From assembly GCF_000006765.1 (NCBI RefSeq), contig NC_002516.2: a stretch of 64,000 nt of DNA. One strand, given 5' to 3'. Position numbers and translations under genes: made by a program. Below the pieces are notes generated by a model. It was not told where the DNA came from. It did not search any database and saw nothing but the letters and a program-made list of their open reading frames with translations. Shown here in pieces: positions 34,562 to 44,201 of the stretch. This DNA comes from Pseudomonas aeruginosa PAO1. GTDB lineage: Bacteria > Pseudomonadota > Gammaproteobacteria > Pseudomonadales > Pseudomonadaceae. How positions within the stretch are numbered: position 1 is the first letter of the stretch; each line of letters starts with the position of its first letter.

Positions 34562-34588
34562 AGGCGCCAGTCATGGCGCCTTTTTTTA
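34562..34588 (+). terminator. Intrinsic terminator after PA2506
   Basis: AGGCGCCA-gtca-TGGCGCCT then TTTTTT. Confidence 0.85.
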
Positions 34589-34658
34589 TCCGCCGTCGCG
34601 CCTGGCGGAAGAAGGCGGCATGGTCGCCAGCGACCAGCCGCCCTCCCCGCTCCCCGCC

Positions 34659-35591
34659 TTACCCCTGCAATGCCCGCGGCCGCTGGCTGCGGCGCTCGGC
34701 GGCGGGTGCCGGGCTGGCCTGGAGCTGGAAGTCGAAATCCAGTTCGGCGAAGCGTCCGCCCTCCACGCCGCGGTCGCGGGCCGCGGCGGGGTCGTCGTTG
34801 AAGCGCAGGTCGCCGATCAGCCCATCGCGGGTGGCGTAGGCGAAGTCGTCCCACAGGTAGCGGTCGCCCGCCAGGTTGATCTGGGTGGTCAGGTGGCGAT
34901 GGCCGGGCGCCGAGACGAAGAAGTGAATGTGCGCCGGCCGCTGGCCGTGGCGGCCGAGGCGGTCGAGCAGTTCCTGGGTCGGGCCGTCGCTCGGGCAACC
35001 GTAGCCGGACGGCACGATGCTGCGCGCACGGTAGCGGCCGTCGGCGTCGGTGCGGATGCGCCGGCGCAGGTTGTATTCGGACTGGCTGCTGTCGAAGTAG
35101 GAATAGGTGCCTTGGGTATTGGCGTGCCAGACATCGACGATGGCCCCGGCCAGCGGCTGGCCGTCGGGACCGCTGACGCGGCCCTGGAGGAACATCACGG
35201 TGCCGGCGTCGCGGCCGTCGTCCATCCGTGCCTCGCCATCGCTCAGCGGCGCGCCGGCGACGTACAGCGGCCCTTCGATGGTGCGCGGCGTGCCGCCGGT
35301 GAGGCCGGCCTCGGCGTCCTGGGCGTCGAGCAGCAGGTCCAGGTAATGCTCCAGGCCCAGCCCGGCGGCCAGCAGGCCGGCTTCCTGGCGGCTGCCCAGG
35401 CGGTTCAGGTAGTCCACCGCTTTCCAGAATTCGTCGGGCGTGACCTGCATCTCTTCGATCAGCTTCGCCGTGTCGTCGAGGATGCGCCGCACCAGGGCCT
35501 TGGTGCGCGGATCGCCGCGTTCGTTGAGCTGGCCGCTGGCCTCTTCGAAGAAGCGCTGGACATCGGCAGTCTGGGAAATCTTCACGGTCAT
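34659..35591 (-). CDS. catA: Catechol 1,2-dioxygenase
   Basis: GTPRTIEGPLYVAGAP, VWHAN..G.Y, RPAHIHFF, DDFAYATR intradiol motifs; 310 aa from MTVKIS. Confidence 0.97.
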   Translation of the reverse strand: MTVKISQTADVQRFFEEASGQLNERGDPRTKALVRRILDDTAKLIEEMQVTPDEFWKAVDYLNRLGSRQEAGLLAAGLGLEHYLDLLLDAQDAEAGLTGGTPRTIEGPLYVAGAPLSDGEARMDDGRDAGTVMFLQGRVSGPDGQPLAGAIVDVWHANTQGTYSYFDSSQSEYNLRRRIRTDADGRYRARSIVPSGYGCPSDGPTQELLDRLGRHGQRPAHIHFFVSAPGHRHLTTQINLAGDRYLWDDFAYATRDGLIGDLRFNDDPAAARDRGVEGGRFAELDFDFQLQASPAPAAERRSQRPRALQG

Positions 35592-35606
35592 GGCGTTTGC
35601 CTCTGC

Positions 35607-35616
35607 TTGTTGTTGT
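35607..35616 (-). promoter_or_regulatory. Hfq/Crc CA motif upstream of catA
   Basis: ACAACAACAA on the minus strand just 5' of the GAGG RBS. Confidence 0.65.
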
Positions 35617-35635
35617 CGGGCGTGGGAAGGGAATC

Positions 35636-35926
35636 TCAGCGGTCGTCGGCATGGATCGACGAGGGATGCCGGCAAAGCCCGTCGATCTCGATGTCCATGT
35701 AGGGAAACAGCGGCAGCCGGGTCAGGGTGTCGTGCAGCGCCTCGACGCTGGGCAGGTCGAACAGGCTGTAGTTGGCGTAGTGCCCGGCGATCCGCCAGAG
35801 GTGCCGCCAGCTGCCCTCGCGCTGGAGGCGCTGGGCCATTTCCTTCTCCTCGGCCTTGAGCCGCTCGGCCTGTTGCGGGTCCATGTCGACGGGCAACTTC
35901 ACGGTCATCTTCACGTGGAACAGCAT
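35636..35926 (-). CDS. catC: Muconolactone delta-isomerase
   Basis: MLFHVKMTVKLP..HLWRIAGHYANYSLFD..LPLFPYM..RHPSSI, 96 aa. Confidence 0.97.
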   Translation of the reverse strand: MLFHVKMTVKLPVDMDPQQAERLKAEEKEMAQRLQREGSWRHLWRIAGHYANYSLFDLPSVEALHDTLTRLPLFPYMDIEIDGLCRHPSSIHADDR

Positions 35927-35957
35927 CGGTCGTTTCTCCTCTGTCTGCGGGACGGCT

Positions 35958-37079
35958 TCAGCGCCGGCGGAAGCGCGCCAGGCGCTCCTCGTCGAGCGCC
36001 AGGCCGAGACCCGGCGCACGCGGCACGTGCAAGTGGAAATCCTGGTAGCGCGGCGACTCGAGGAGGATGTCCTCGGTCAGCAGCAACGGGCCGAACAGTT
36101 CGCTGTGCCAGGCCAGGCGGTCGAGGGTGACGAAGGCGTGGGCGGCGGCCAGGGTGCCGATGCCGCCCTCGAGCATGGTCCCGCCGTACAGGCCGATCCC
36201 GGCCGCCTCGGCGATCGCCGCGCTGCGCAGCACCGCGCGCGGTCCGCCGTTCTTGGCGATCTTCAGGGCGAACACCGGGGCGGCGCCCTCGCGAGCCAGG
36301 TGGAAGGCATCCTCGACGCTCTCGATGGCCTCGTCGGCCATGATCGGCGCGCCGCCGCGGCTGCTCAGGCGCGCCAGGCCTACGCGGTTGTGGCGGGCGA
36401 TGGGCTGTTCGATCAGGGCGATGCCGTTGTCGCCGAGCGTCGCGCAGGCACGCTGGGCAACGCCTTCGTCCCAGGCCTGGTTGACGTCCACCCGCACGCT
36501 GGCGCGCTCGCCGAGGGCGCGCTTGATGGCGATCGCGTGGGCCACGTCGGCATCCACCTCACCGGCGCCGATCTTCAGCTTGAAGTGCCGGTGGCGGCGC
36601 AGGTCGAGCATCCGCCCGGCTTCCTCGATGTCGCGGCCGGTGTCGCCGCTGGCCAGGGTCCAGGCCACCTCCAGGCTGTCGTGCAGGCGGCCGCCGAGCA
36701 GTTCGCTGACGGCCAGGCCGAGGCGCTTGCCATGGGCGTCGAGCAAGGCGGTCTCGACCGCCGAGCGGGCGAAGGTGTTGCCCCTGATGTGTCGGTCCAG
36801 GCGCTGCATCGCGGCATTCACGTTGTCCGCCGGCTGGCCCAGCAGCAACGGGGCGAAATGCGCGTCGAGATTGCTCTTGATGCTCTCCGGGCTCTCGCTG
36901 CCGTAGGCCAGGCCACCGATGGTGGTGGCTTCGCCGAGGCCCTCGATGCCGTCGCTGCAACGCAGGCGGAGGATCACCAGGGTCTGCCGGTTCATGGTGT
37001 GCATGGCCAGCTTGTGCGGGCGGATGGTCGGCAGGTCGACGATGATCGACTCGAGGCTTTGGATCACGGCTTGGCTCAT
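35958..37079 (-). CDS. catB: Muconate cycloisomerase
   Basis: PTIRPHKLAM, FKLKIG, RVDVNQAW, EQP, IMADE, GGTMLEG enolase-superfamily motifs. Confidence 0.97.
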   Translation of the reverse strand: MSQAVIQSLESIIVDLPTIRPHKLAMHTMNRQTLVILRLRCSDGIEGLGEATTIGGLAYGSESPESIKSNLDAHFAPLLLGQPADNVNAAMQRLDRHIRGNTFARSAVETALLDAHGKRLGLAVSELLGGRLHDSLEVAWTLASGDTGRDIEEAGRMLDLRRHRHFKLKIGAGEVDADVAHAIAIKRALGERASVRVDVNQAWDEGVAQRACATLGDNGIALIEQPIARHNRVGLARLSSRGGAPIMADEAIESVEDAFHLAREGAAPVFALKIAKNGGPRAVLRSAAIAEAAGIGLYGGTMLEGGIGTLAAAHAFVTLDRLAWHSELFGPLLLTEDILLESPRYQDFHLHVPRAPGLGLALDEERLARFRRR

Positions 37080-37224
37080 TCTCGGGGGTCCACCAGGGTT
37101 GCGGTCGGGTTTTCGACGGTTCGCTGCTCAAGGCTCGCTCGATACCGAGCGGGTTTCGCCGTCGTTTCGGCCAAGCATCCATCGCCTTCTTCACTGGGGT
37201 CCAATATCATCTTCCTCTCGAACC

Positions 37225-37239
37225 ATACCCTGGAGGTAT
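37225..37239. promoter_or_regulatory. CatR recognition binding site
   Basis: ATACC-CTGGA-GGTAT dyad immediately before the catR ATG, the known CatR/BenM-type site. Confidence 0.8.
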
Positions 37240-37240
37240 C

Positions 37241-38113
37241 ATGGAGCTTCGTCACCTGCGCTACTTCCAGGCGCTGGCCCGGACCCTCAACTTCACCCGC
37301 GCCGCCGAGCAGTTGCACATCGCCCAGCCACCGCTGAGCCGGCAGATCCAGCAACTCGAGGAAATGCTCGGGGTGGCCCTGCTGGAGCGCGGCCGGCCGC
37401 TGCGCCTGACCGAAGCCGGGCGCTTCTTCCACGAACAGAGCGCGACGCTCCTGGACCAACTGGAAAGCATCTGCGACAGCACCCGGCGGATCGGCCAGGG
37501 CCAGCGCCAGTGGTTCGGCATCGGCTTCGTGCCCTCGGCGCTGTATGGCGTGCTGCCGGAGCTGATCCGCCACCTGCGCGGCGACCCGGAGCTGGAGCTG
37601 GGCCTGCTGGAGATGACCACCCTGCAACAGGTCGAGGCGCTGAAGAGCGGGCGTATCGACATCGGTTTCGGACGCATCCGCATCGACGACCCGGCGATCC
37701 GCCAGAGCGTGCTCAGCGAAGAGCCGCTGGTCGCCGCCCTGCCCGCCGGGCACCCGTTGCTCGGCCAGCCGCTGAGCCTGGAGCGCCTGTCGCGCGAGCC
37801 GTTCGTGCTCTACCCCGGCCAGCCGCGGCCGAGCTACGCCGACCACGTGCTGGCGCTGTTCGCCACCCACGGCCTGAGCCTGCGCGTGACGCAATGGGCC
37901 AACGAGATGCAGACCGCCATCGGCCTGGTCGCCGCCGGACTCGGCGCGACCCTGGTGCCGGCCTCGGTGCAGTTGCAGCACCGCGACGACGTCGCCTACC
38001 AGGCCCTGGCCGACGCCTCCCTGACCTCGCCGATCATCGTCAGCCGGCGCCAGGGCGACGGCTCCCCGCACCTGCGGCGCTGCCTGGCGCTGATCGGCCG
38101 CGAGGACGCCTGA
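37241..38113 (+). CDS. catR: LysR regulator CatR
   Basis: MELRHLRYF..NFTRAAEQLHIAQPPLSRQI; divergent from catBCA. Confidence 0.96.
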   Translation: MELRHLRYFQALARTLNFTRAAEQLHIAQPPLSRQIQQLEEMLGVALLERGRPLRLTEAGRFFHEQSATLLDQLESICDSTRRIGQGQRQWFGIGFVPSALYGVLPELIRHLRGDPELELGLLEMTTLQQVEALKSGRIDIGFGRIRIDDPAIRQSVLSEEPLVAALPAGHPLLGQPLSLERLSREPFVLYPGQPRPSYADHVLALFATHGLSLRVTQWANEMQTAIGLVAAGLGATLVPASVQLQHRDDVAYQALADASLTSPIIVSRRQGDGSPHLRRCLALIGREDA

Positions 38114-38121
38114 ACGCCCTC

Positions 38122-39123
38122 TCAGGAGCGCCGCGCAGCGCGGCGCTGGGTCATGCTCGGGGTTTCCTCGAAGCGCTTGCGGTAGTCCACGGAGAAGCGT
38201 CCGAGGTGGCTGAAGCCCCAGCCCAGGGCGATCGTCGAGATGCTGCGGGCGCCGCCGCTGGCGAGGATTTCCTCGCGCACCGCGGCGAGCCGGTAGTGCT
38301 TCAGGTAGCTCATCGGCGACACCCCGAAGTAGCGACGGAAGCCCTCGAACAGCTTGAACCGCGAGACCCCGGCGGCGCGTTCCACGTCCTCCAGGCTCAG
38401 GGTCTCGCGGGCGTTGGCCTGGAGAAACTCGCGGGCGCGCAGCAGGTAGTGCGGCGGGCGCCCGCCAAGGCCCTGCTGCAGGGCCTCGCTGTAGTTGTTC
38501 GGCTGGGCCAGGATCAGTCCCTTGATCAGCGCGCGTTCCAGGTCGCTGCTGAAAAACGCCTGGGCGTAGAGTTCGCTGCGCGCCATCTCCTCGCTGATGT
38601 GCCGCACGGTGCGCCACCAGGACGCGGAGGCGCCGTCCAGGGCATCCATCTCCGGATCGAAGCGCAAGGGCGTATCGATCGGCCGCTGCAACATCTCCTC
38701 CAGGACCTTGCGCATCGCCGTGCGGCCGATCACCACCTGCAGCTTGCGGCAGTCCCCGGCGATGCTCAGCTCCTGGCGCTCGTTGGGCGCGATGATCACC
38801 CCGCGGCGGACGTCGGAGAGCAGGCGCAGCCCGCCCCGGCACAGCTCCTGCTCGCCGCTGAGTGGCAGGCTCAGGCTGTAGGCGTTGAACGCCGCGGCAT
38901 CCTCGACGGTGATGGTGACGTCGGTACCGTAGCCGATGTAGCCGAGGGTGGTGCACATCGACTTCAGCACGTTGCCGTGGTGCTGGAACTGCACCAGTCC
39001 CGGGCTCGCCGCTTCGAGCCGGTGCGGCCCGCAGACCTTCGACATCCAGGAACGGGCGGCGGCCAGGTCCAGGTGGTCGGCATGGAGATCGCCACGATCG
39101 GCGACGGGATGGGTCCTCATCAT
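38122..39123 (-). CDS. antR: AraC/XylS regulator AntR; PA2511
   Basis: XylS-type N-domain; FRRYFGVSPMSY and WGFSHLGRFSVDYRKRFEETPS HTH; divergent from antABC. Confidence 0.92.
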   Translation of the reverse strand: MMRTHPVADRGDLHADHLDLAAARSWMSKVCGPHRLEAASPGLVQFQHHGNVLKSMCTTLGYIGYGTDVTITVEDAAAFNAYSLSLPLSGEQELCRGGLRLLSDVRRGVIIAPNERQELSIAGDCRKLQVVIGRTAMRKVLEEMLQRPIDTPLRFDPEMDALDGASASWWRTVRHISEEMARSELYAQAFFSSDLERALIKGLILAQPNNYSEALQQGLGGRPPHYLLRAREFLQANARETLSLEDVERAAGVSRFKLFEGFRRYFGVSPMSYLKHYRLAAVREEILASGGARSISTIALGWGFSHLGRFSVDYRKRFEETPSMTQRRAARRS

Positions 39124-39226
39124 GGTTCGGCACTCGACACGGCAAGGCTGGGGGTGCGCTCTGCTGGCGCTCTGTTTTCAGCAAAATGCAAGGCATATGC
39201 CGGCGCAAGGCCGGCTCCCCGCATCC

Positions 39227-39263
39227 TCCACTATCCGGATAGCGTTCGCCGACTTTCCGGACA
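39227..39263. promoter_or_regulatory. Tandem XylS-type sites, candidate AntR-responsive element
   Basis: TCCA-CTATCC-GGATA and CCGA-CTTTCC-GGACA at 22-bp period; includes the palindrome CTATCCGGATAG (39231-39242). Confidence 0.45.
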
Positions 39264-39439
39264 AAGCGTCCGCCGCAAGCGCCGCTCGAACCTCGGCCGA
39301 GCCCTCCGCGAGCCCCCCGGCCGCTCCTCGGCGGCTGCGGATTTTCGGGATGCGCATCGTCGACTAAGCGGATAGCCCGCCCCCGCTCGCGGCCGTTGAA
39401 TGGGTCACCCATAACGACAACGCACAAGGGTGAGAACGC

Positions 39440-40834
39440 ATGAACGCTACCCGCAGAAGCCTCGAACAGTGGCGCGACTATGTCGGCGGCTGCCTCGACT
39501 TCCGTCCCGAGGAAGGCATCTTCCGCATCGCCCGGGACATGTTCACCGAACCGGAGCTGTTCGACCTGGAGATGGAGCTGATCTTCGAAAAGAACTGGAT
39601 CTACGCCTGCCACGAAAGCGAACTGGCCAGGCCCCACGACTTCGTCACCCTGCGCGCCGGACGCCAGCCGCTGATCGTCACCCGCGACGGCAACGGCCAG
39701 TTGCACGCGCTGGTCAACGCCTGCCAGCATCGCGGCGCGACCCTGGTGCGGGTCGGCAAGGGCAACCAGTCGACCTTCACCTGTCCGTTCCATGCCTGGT
39801 GCTACAAGAACGACGGCCGGCTGGTGAAGGTCAAGGCGCCGGGCGAATACCCGGAAGGCTTCGACAAGGCCACCCGTGGCCTGAAGAAAGCGCGCATCCA
39901 GAGCTACAGGGGCTTCGTCTTCGTCAGCCTGGACGTCGCCGGCGAGGACGACCTGGTGGACTTCCTCGGCGACGCCCGGGTGTTCCTCGACATGCTGGTG
40001 GCGCAGTCTCCCAGCGGCGAGCTGGAAGTGTTGCCCGGCACCTCCACCTACACCTACGAAGGCAACTGGAAGCTGCAGAACGAGAATGGCCTGGACGGCT
40101 ATCACGTCAGCACAGTGCACTACAACTACGTAGCCACCGTGCAGCACCGCCAGCAGGTCGAGGCCGAGCGCGGCGGCGTGGCCGCCACCCTCGACTACAG
40201 CAAGCTCGGCGCCGGCGACGCGGCCACCGACGACGGCTGGTTCTCCTTCGCCAACGGCCACAGCGTGCTCTTCAGCGAGATGCCCAACCCCGCCGTACGC
40301 CCCGGCTACGCCAGCGTGATGCCGCGGCTGGTGGCGGAATACGGCCAGGCCCGCGCCGAGTGGATGATGCATCGCCTGCGCAACCTCAATCTCTACCCCA
40401 GCCTGTTCGTCATCGACCAGATCAGCTCGCAGCTGCGCATCGTCCGCCCGCTGGCCTGGAACCGTACCGAGATCGTCAGCCAGTGCATCGGCGTCAAGGG
40501 CGAGTCGGACGCCGACCGGGAGAACCGGATCCGCCAGTTCGAGGACTTCTTCAACGTCTCCGGGATGGGCACGCCCGACGACCTGGTGGAGTTCCGCGAA
40601 GCCCAGCGTGGCTTCCAGGCCCGCCTGGAGCGCTGGAGCGACATCTCCCGCGGCCACGGCAAGTGGCTCGAAGGCGCGACGCCGAACAGCCAGGCGCTGG
40701 GTATCGCGCCGCTGCTGACCGGCACCGAGATCACCCACGAAGGCCTCTACGTCAACCAGCACGCGCATTGGCGGCGCTTCCTCCTCGACGGCCTGGAGCG
40801 CCTGGCCCTGCGCGCGAAGGAGGTGACCCCATGA
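39440..40834 (+). CDS. antA: Anthranilate 1,2-dioxygenase large subunit
   Basis: Rieske CQH...CPFH; mononuclear iron DGYHVSTVH; [14 protein letters not shown]. Confidence 0.95.
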   Translation: MNATRRSLEQWRDYVGGCLDFRPEEGIFRIARDMFTEPELFDLEMELIFEKNWIYACHESELARPHDFVTLRAGRQPLIVTRDGNGQLHALVNACQHRGATLVRVGKGNQSTFTCPFHAWCYKNDGRLVKVKAPGEYPEGFDKATRGLKKARIQSYRGFVFVSLDVAGEDDLVDFLGDARVFLDMLVAQSPSGELEVLPGTSTYTYEGNWKLQNENGLDGYHVSTVHYNYVATVQHRQQVEAERGGVAATLDYSKLGAGDAATDDGWFSFANGHSVLFSEMPNPAVRPGYASVMPRLVAEYGQARAEWMMHRLRNLNLYPSLFVIDQISSQLRIVRPLAWNRTEIVSQCIGVKGESDADRENRIRQFEDFFNVSGMGTPDDLVEFREAQRGFQARLERWSDISRGHGKWLEGATPNSQALGIAPLLTGTEITHEGLYVNQHAHWRRFLLDGLERLALRAKEVTP

Positions 40835-41322
40835 ACGCCGGACTGCAGTACCGCGTCGAACAGTTCCTCTACCGCCACGCCGAACTCTGCGATGCCCAGG
40901 ACTGGGACGGCTACCTCGCGCAGTTCGACGAACAGTGCGAGTTCCACCTGCCGCAGTGGGAGTCCGAGCAGCGCTACACCCGCGATCCGAAGCGCGAGAC
41001 GTCGCTGATCTACTACCCCAGCCGTGCCGGCCTGGAAGACCGGGTGTTCCGTATCCGCACCGGCAAGGCCGCGTCCACCGTGCCGATGCCGCGCACCCTG
41101 CACCAGATCGGCAACGTGCGCATCGCCGAGGAAGGCGACGGCCTGCTGCGAGTGCGGGTCAACTGGCAGACCCTGTTCCAGCGCCTGGACCAGACCGGCA
41201 GCTTCTTCGGCCATGCCACCTACCGCCTGAAACCCCATGGAGAGGCCTGGCTGATCGCGCGCAAGCACATCGTCCTGCTCAACGACCGGATCGACTCGGT
41301 CCTCGACTTCTACCACCTCTGA
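40831..41322 (+). CDS. antB: Anthranilate dioxygenase small subunit
   Basis: ATGA overlap with antA; [22 protein letters not shown]; 163 aa. Confidence 0.95.
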   Translation: MNAGLQYRVEQFLYRHAELCDAQDWDGYLAQFDEQCEFHLPQWESEQRYTRDPKRETSLIYYPSRAGLEDRVFRIRTGKAASTVPMPRTLHQIGNVRIAEEGDGLLRVRVNWQTLFQRLDQTGSFFGHATYRLKPHGEAWLIARKHIVLLNDRIDSVLDFYHL

Positions 41323-41340
41323 ACGGCGGGACCCGTCACG

Positions 41341-42363
41341 ATGAATCACAAAGTCGCCCTCAGCTTCGCCGACGGCAAGACCCTGTTCCTGCCCGTCGGC
41401 CACGACGACCTGCTCCTCGACGCCGCCCTGCGCCACGGCATCAACCTGCCGCTGGACTGCCGCGAAGGGGTCTGCGGCACCTGCATGGGCCGCTGCGAGG
41501 CGGGCAGCTACAGCCTGGACTACGCCGACGAGGACACCCTCTCCGCCGCCGACCTGGAGCAGCGCAAGGTGCTCGCCTGCCAGACCCGGGTGCGCTCCGA
41601 CGCGGCCTTCTACTTCGACTTCGCCTCGACCCTCTGCCATGCCGCCGCGGCCCAGGCGCACAGCGGCTTGGTGCGCGAACTGCGCCTGCTCTCCGAGGAC
41701 ACCGCGCTGCTCCGCCTCGACGCCGGCGCCGCGGGCCGCCAGCTGGACTTCCTGCCCGGCCAGTACGCGCGCCTGCAAGTACCCGGCAGCGACTGCCGGC
41801 GCGCCTACTCCTTCGCCAACCGGCCGAATCCGCAGAACCACCTGCAGTTCCTTATCCGCCTGCTCCCTGGCGGCGCCATGAGCGACTACCTGCGCCAAGG
41901 GTGCAGGGTCGGCGACGAGATCCGCTTCGAGGCGCCGCTGGGCACCTTCTACCTGCGCCAGGTGGAACGTCCGTTGCTGCTGGTGGCCGGCGGCACCGGC
42001 CTGTCGGCGTTCCTCGGCATGCTCGACGAACTGGCCGAGCGCGGCTGCGAGTGGCCGGTGCATCTCTACTATGGAGTACGCCGCGCCGCCGATCTCTGCG
42101 AATTGCAGCGGATCGCCGGCTACGCCGAGCGGCTTCCCGGCTTCCGCTTCGTCCCGGTGCTCAGCGAGGCGGACGCCGACTGGGACGGCCGGCGCGGCTA
42201 CCTGCACGAGCATTTCGACGCCGCCCGCCTGCGCGACGAAGCTTTCGACCTCTACCTGTGCGGGCCGCCGCCGATGGTCGAGGCGGTCCGCCAGTGGCTG
42301 CGCGAGCGCTCCCTGGAGCATCTGCGGCTGTACCTGGAGAAGTTCACCGAAAGCGGCGACTGA
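41341..42363 (+). CDS. antC: Anthranilate dioxygenase reductase
   Basis: 2Fe-2S DCREGVCGTC...C; RAYSFA; AGGTGLS; YLCGPPPMV. Confidence 0.95.
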   Translation: MNHKVALSFADGKTLFLPVGHDDLLLDAALRHGINLPLDCREGVCGTCMGRCEAGSYSLDYADEDTLSAADLEQRKVLACQTRVRSDAAFYFDFASTLCHAAAAQAHSGLVRELRLLSEDTALLRLDAGAAGRQLDFLPGQYARLQVPGSDCRRAYSFANRPNPQNHLQFLIRLLPGGAMSDYLRQGCRVGDEIRFEAPLGTFYLRQVERPLLLVAGGTGLSAFLGMLDELAERGCEWPVHLYYGVRRAADLCELQRIAGYAERLPGFRFVPVLSEADADWDGRRGYLHEHFDAARLRDEAFDLYLCGPPPMVEAVRQWLRERSLEHLRLYLEKFTESGD

Positions 42364-42368
42364 TGCGC

Positions 42369-43130
42369 TCAGCCGAGGTCGCCGCCAGCTACCGGCAGGG
42401 TCACGCCGGTGATGTAGGACGCCTCGTCGGAGGCGAGGAAAAGGATCGCCGCGACCTGCTCGTCGATGCTGCCGTAGCGCTTCATCAGGCTGCTGTCGAG
42501 GGTCTGCTCGACGATCTGTCGATACCAGCGCCGCTCCTCCTCGCTCTGCGCCGCGGCGTTGCGCGGAATCCTTCGCGGCGGCGCGTCGGTGCCGCCCGGC
42601 GCCACCGCGTTGACGCGGATGCCCTGGTCGGCGGTCTCGAACGCCAGGCAGGCGGTCAGCGCGTTCACCCCGCCCTTGGCGGCGCCATAGGGCACCCGGT
42701 TGACCCCGCGGGTGGCAACCGACGAGACGTTGACGATCGCCCCGCTACCCTGCCCCAGCATCGCCGGCAGCGCCGCGCGGCAACACCACAAGGTGGGCAG
42801 CAGCGAACGCCGCAGCTCGGCCTCGATCTCGTCCTCGGCGTAGTGCTGGTAGGGCTTCGCCCAGAGGGTGCCGCCGACGTTGTTGACCAGGATGTCCAGC
42901 CGGCCGAAACGCTCCAGGGTCCGCTCCAGTACCCGCTGGCATTCGGCGTAGCGCTCCAGGTCGGCGGTCAGGCACAGGCAGGCGTCGCCGGCCAGTTCGT
43001 GGACCAGCTCGGAGCGGTCCACCGCCACCACCCGCGCGCCTTCCTCCAGCAGGCGCCGGGCCACCCCCAGGCCGATGCCCTGGGCGGCGCCGCTGACCAG
43101 GGCGACCTTGTCGCGGAATCTGTCGTTCAT
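42369..43130 (-). CDS. xylL: Benzoate/toluate cis-dihydrodiol dehydrogenase (BenD homolog)
   Basis: SDR GAAQGIG, NNVGG, YGAAK; RGVNRVPY. Confidence 0.95.
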   Translation of the reverse strand: MNDRFRDKVALVSGAAQGIGLGVARRLLEEGARVVAVDRSELVHELAGDACLCLTADLERYAECQRVLERTLERFGRLDILVNNVGGTLWAKPYQHYAEDEIEAELRRSLLPTLWCCRAALPAMLGQGSGAIVNVSSVATRGVNRVPYGAAKGGVNALTACLAFETADQGIRVNAVAPGGTDAPPRRIPRNAAAQSEEERRWYRQIVEQTLDSSLMKRYGSIDEQVAAILFLASDEASYITGVTLPVAGGDLG

Positions 43131-43154
43131 GGGAATCTCCTTGGCTGCTCGGGT

Positions 43155-44168
43155 TCAGGCCGCGCTGGCAGCGAACTTTTCGTAGTAGAAATTCGCCGGG
43201 CGCACGCCCTGCTCGCGCAGGTAGCGCTCGACCGCCTCGACCATCGGCGGCGGCCCGCACAGGTAGATGTCGACGTCGCCCTCGTGCAGGTGCTGCGCGG
43301 CGATGTGCTCGGTCACGTAGCCCTTGCGCGGATAGTCGCTGTCGGCGCTGGCCACGCAGGCGCTCCAGGTGAAGCCGGGAATCCGTTCGGCGAACGCCTC
43401 CAGGCGCTCGAGCCCGACCAGGTCGACGTCGTGGGTCACCCCGTAGACCAGGTGCAGCGGGTGCGCGCTGCCCTGCTCGGCGATCCGTTCGAGCATCGCG
43501 GTGAACGGCGCCAGGCCGGTGCCGCCGGCCAGCATCAGCAGTGGCCGGTGAATCTCGCGCAGGTAGAAACTGCCCAGCGGGCCATCCATCGCCAGGCTGT
43601 CGCCGGCCCTGGCCGTGCCACTGAGGAAGCCGCTCATCAGCCCGCCGGGGACGTTGCGGATCAGGAAGCTGACCTCGCCGTCCTTCGCCAGCGAGCTGAA
43701 GGAGTAGGCGCGGCGCTGCTCGCTGCCGGGTACCTGGAGGTTGACGTACTGCCCGGGCAGGAACGCCAGGCTGGCCAGCGCCTCGCCGCGCAGCGACAGG
43801 CCGATGGTGCTCGGCGACAGTTGCCGGACTTCGCTGATGCGCGCCTCGTAGCGCGCCTGGCCGGTCCTGCACAGGGTCGAGGACGCCGGCACGCGCAGCA
43901 CGCAGTCGCTTTCGGCGCGCATCTGGCAGGTCAGCACGTAGCCGCGGGCGGCTTCCTCGGCGCTGAGGGCATCGTCGATGTAGTCCTGGCCCAGCGCATA
44001 GCGCCCGGCCTCGGCCAGGCACTTGCAGGTGCCGCAGGCGCCGTCGCGGCAGTCCAGGGGGATGTTGATGCCCTGGCGGTAGGCCGCGTCGGCCACGGTC
44101 TCGCCGGGCGCGGCATGGATGAAGCGGGTCACCCCGTCTTCGAAGTTGAGTGCGATCCGATGGTTCAT
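43155..44168 (-). CDS. xylZ: Benzoate/toluate dioxygenase reductase (BenC homolog)
   Basis: DCRDGACGTC, RAYSFSS, AGGTGLAP, YLCGPPPMV. Confidence 0.95.
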   Translation of the reverse strand: MNHRIALNFEDGVTRFIHAAPGETVADAAYRQGINIPLDCRDGACGTCKCLAEAGRYALGQDYIDDALSAEEAARGYVLTCQMRAESDCVLRVPASSTLCRTGQARYEARISEVRQLSPSTIGLSLRGEALASLAFLPGQYVNLQVPGSEQRRAYSFSSLAKDGEVSFLIRNVPGGLMSGFLSGTARAGDSLAMDGPLGSFYLREIHRPLLMLAGGTGLAPFTAMLERIAEQGSAHPLHLVYGVTHDVDLVGLERLEAFAERIPGFTWSACVASADSDYPRKGYVTEHIAAQHLHEGDVDIYLCGPPPMVEAVERYLREQGVRPANFYYEKFAASAA

Positions 44169-44201
44169 GGCATGTCCCTCGACAGCCCGCCGGCGCGGGC
44201 G

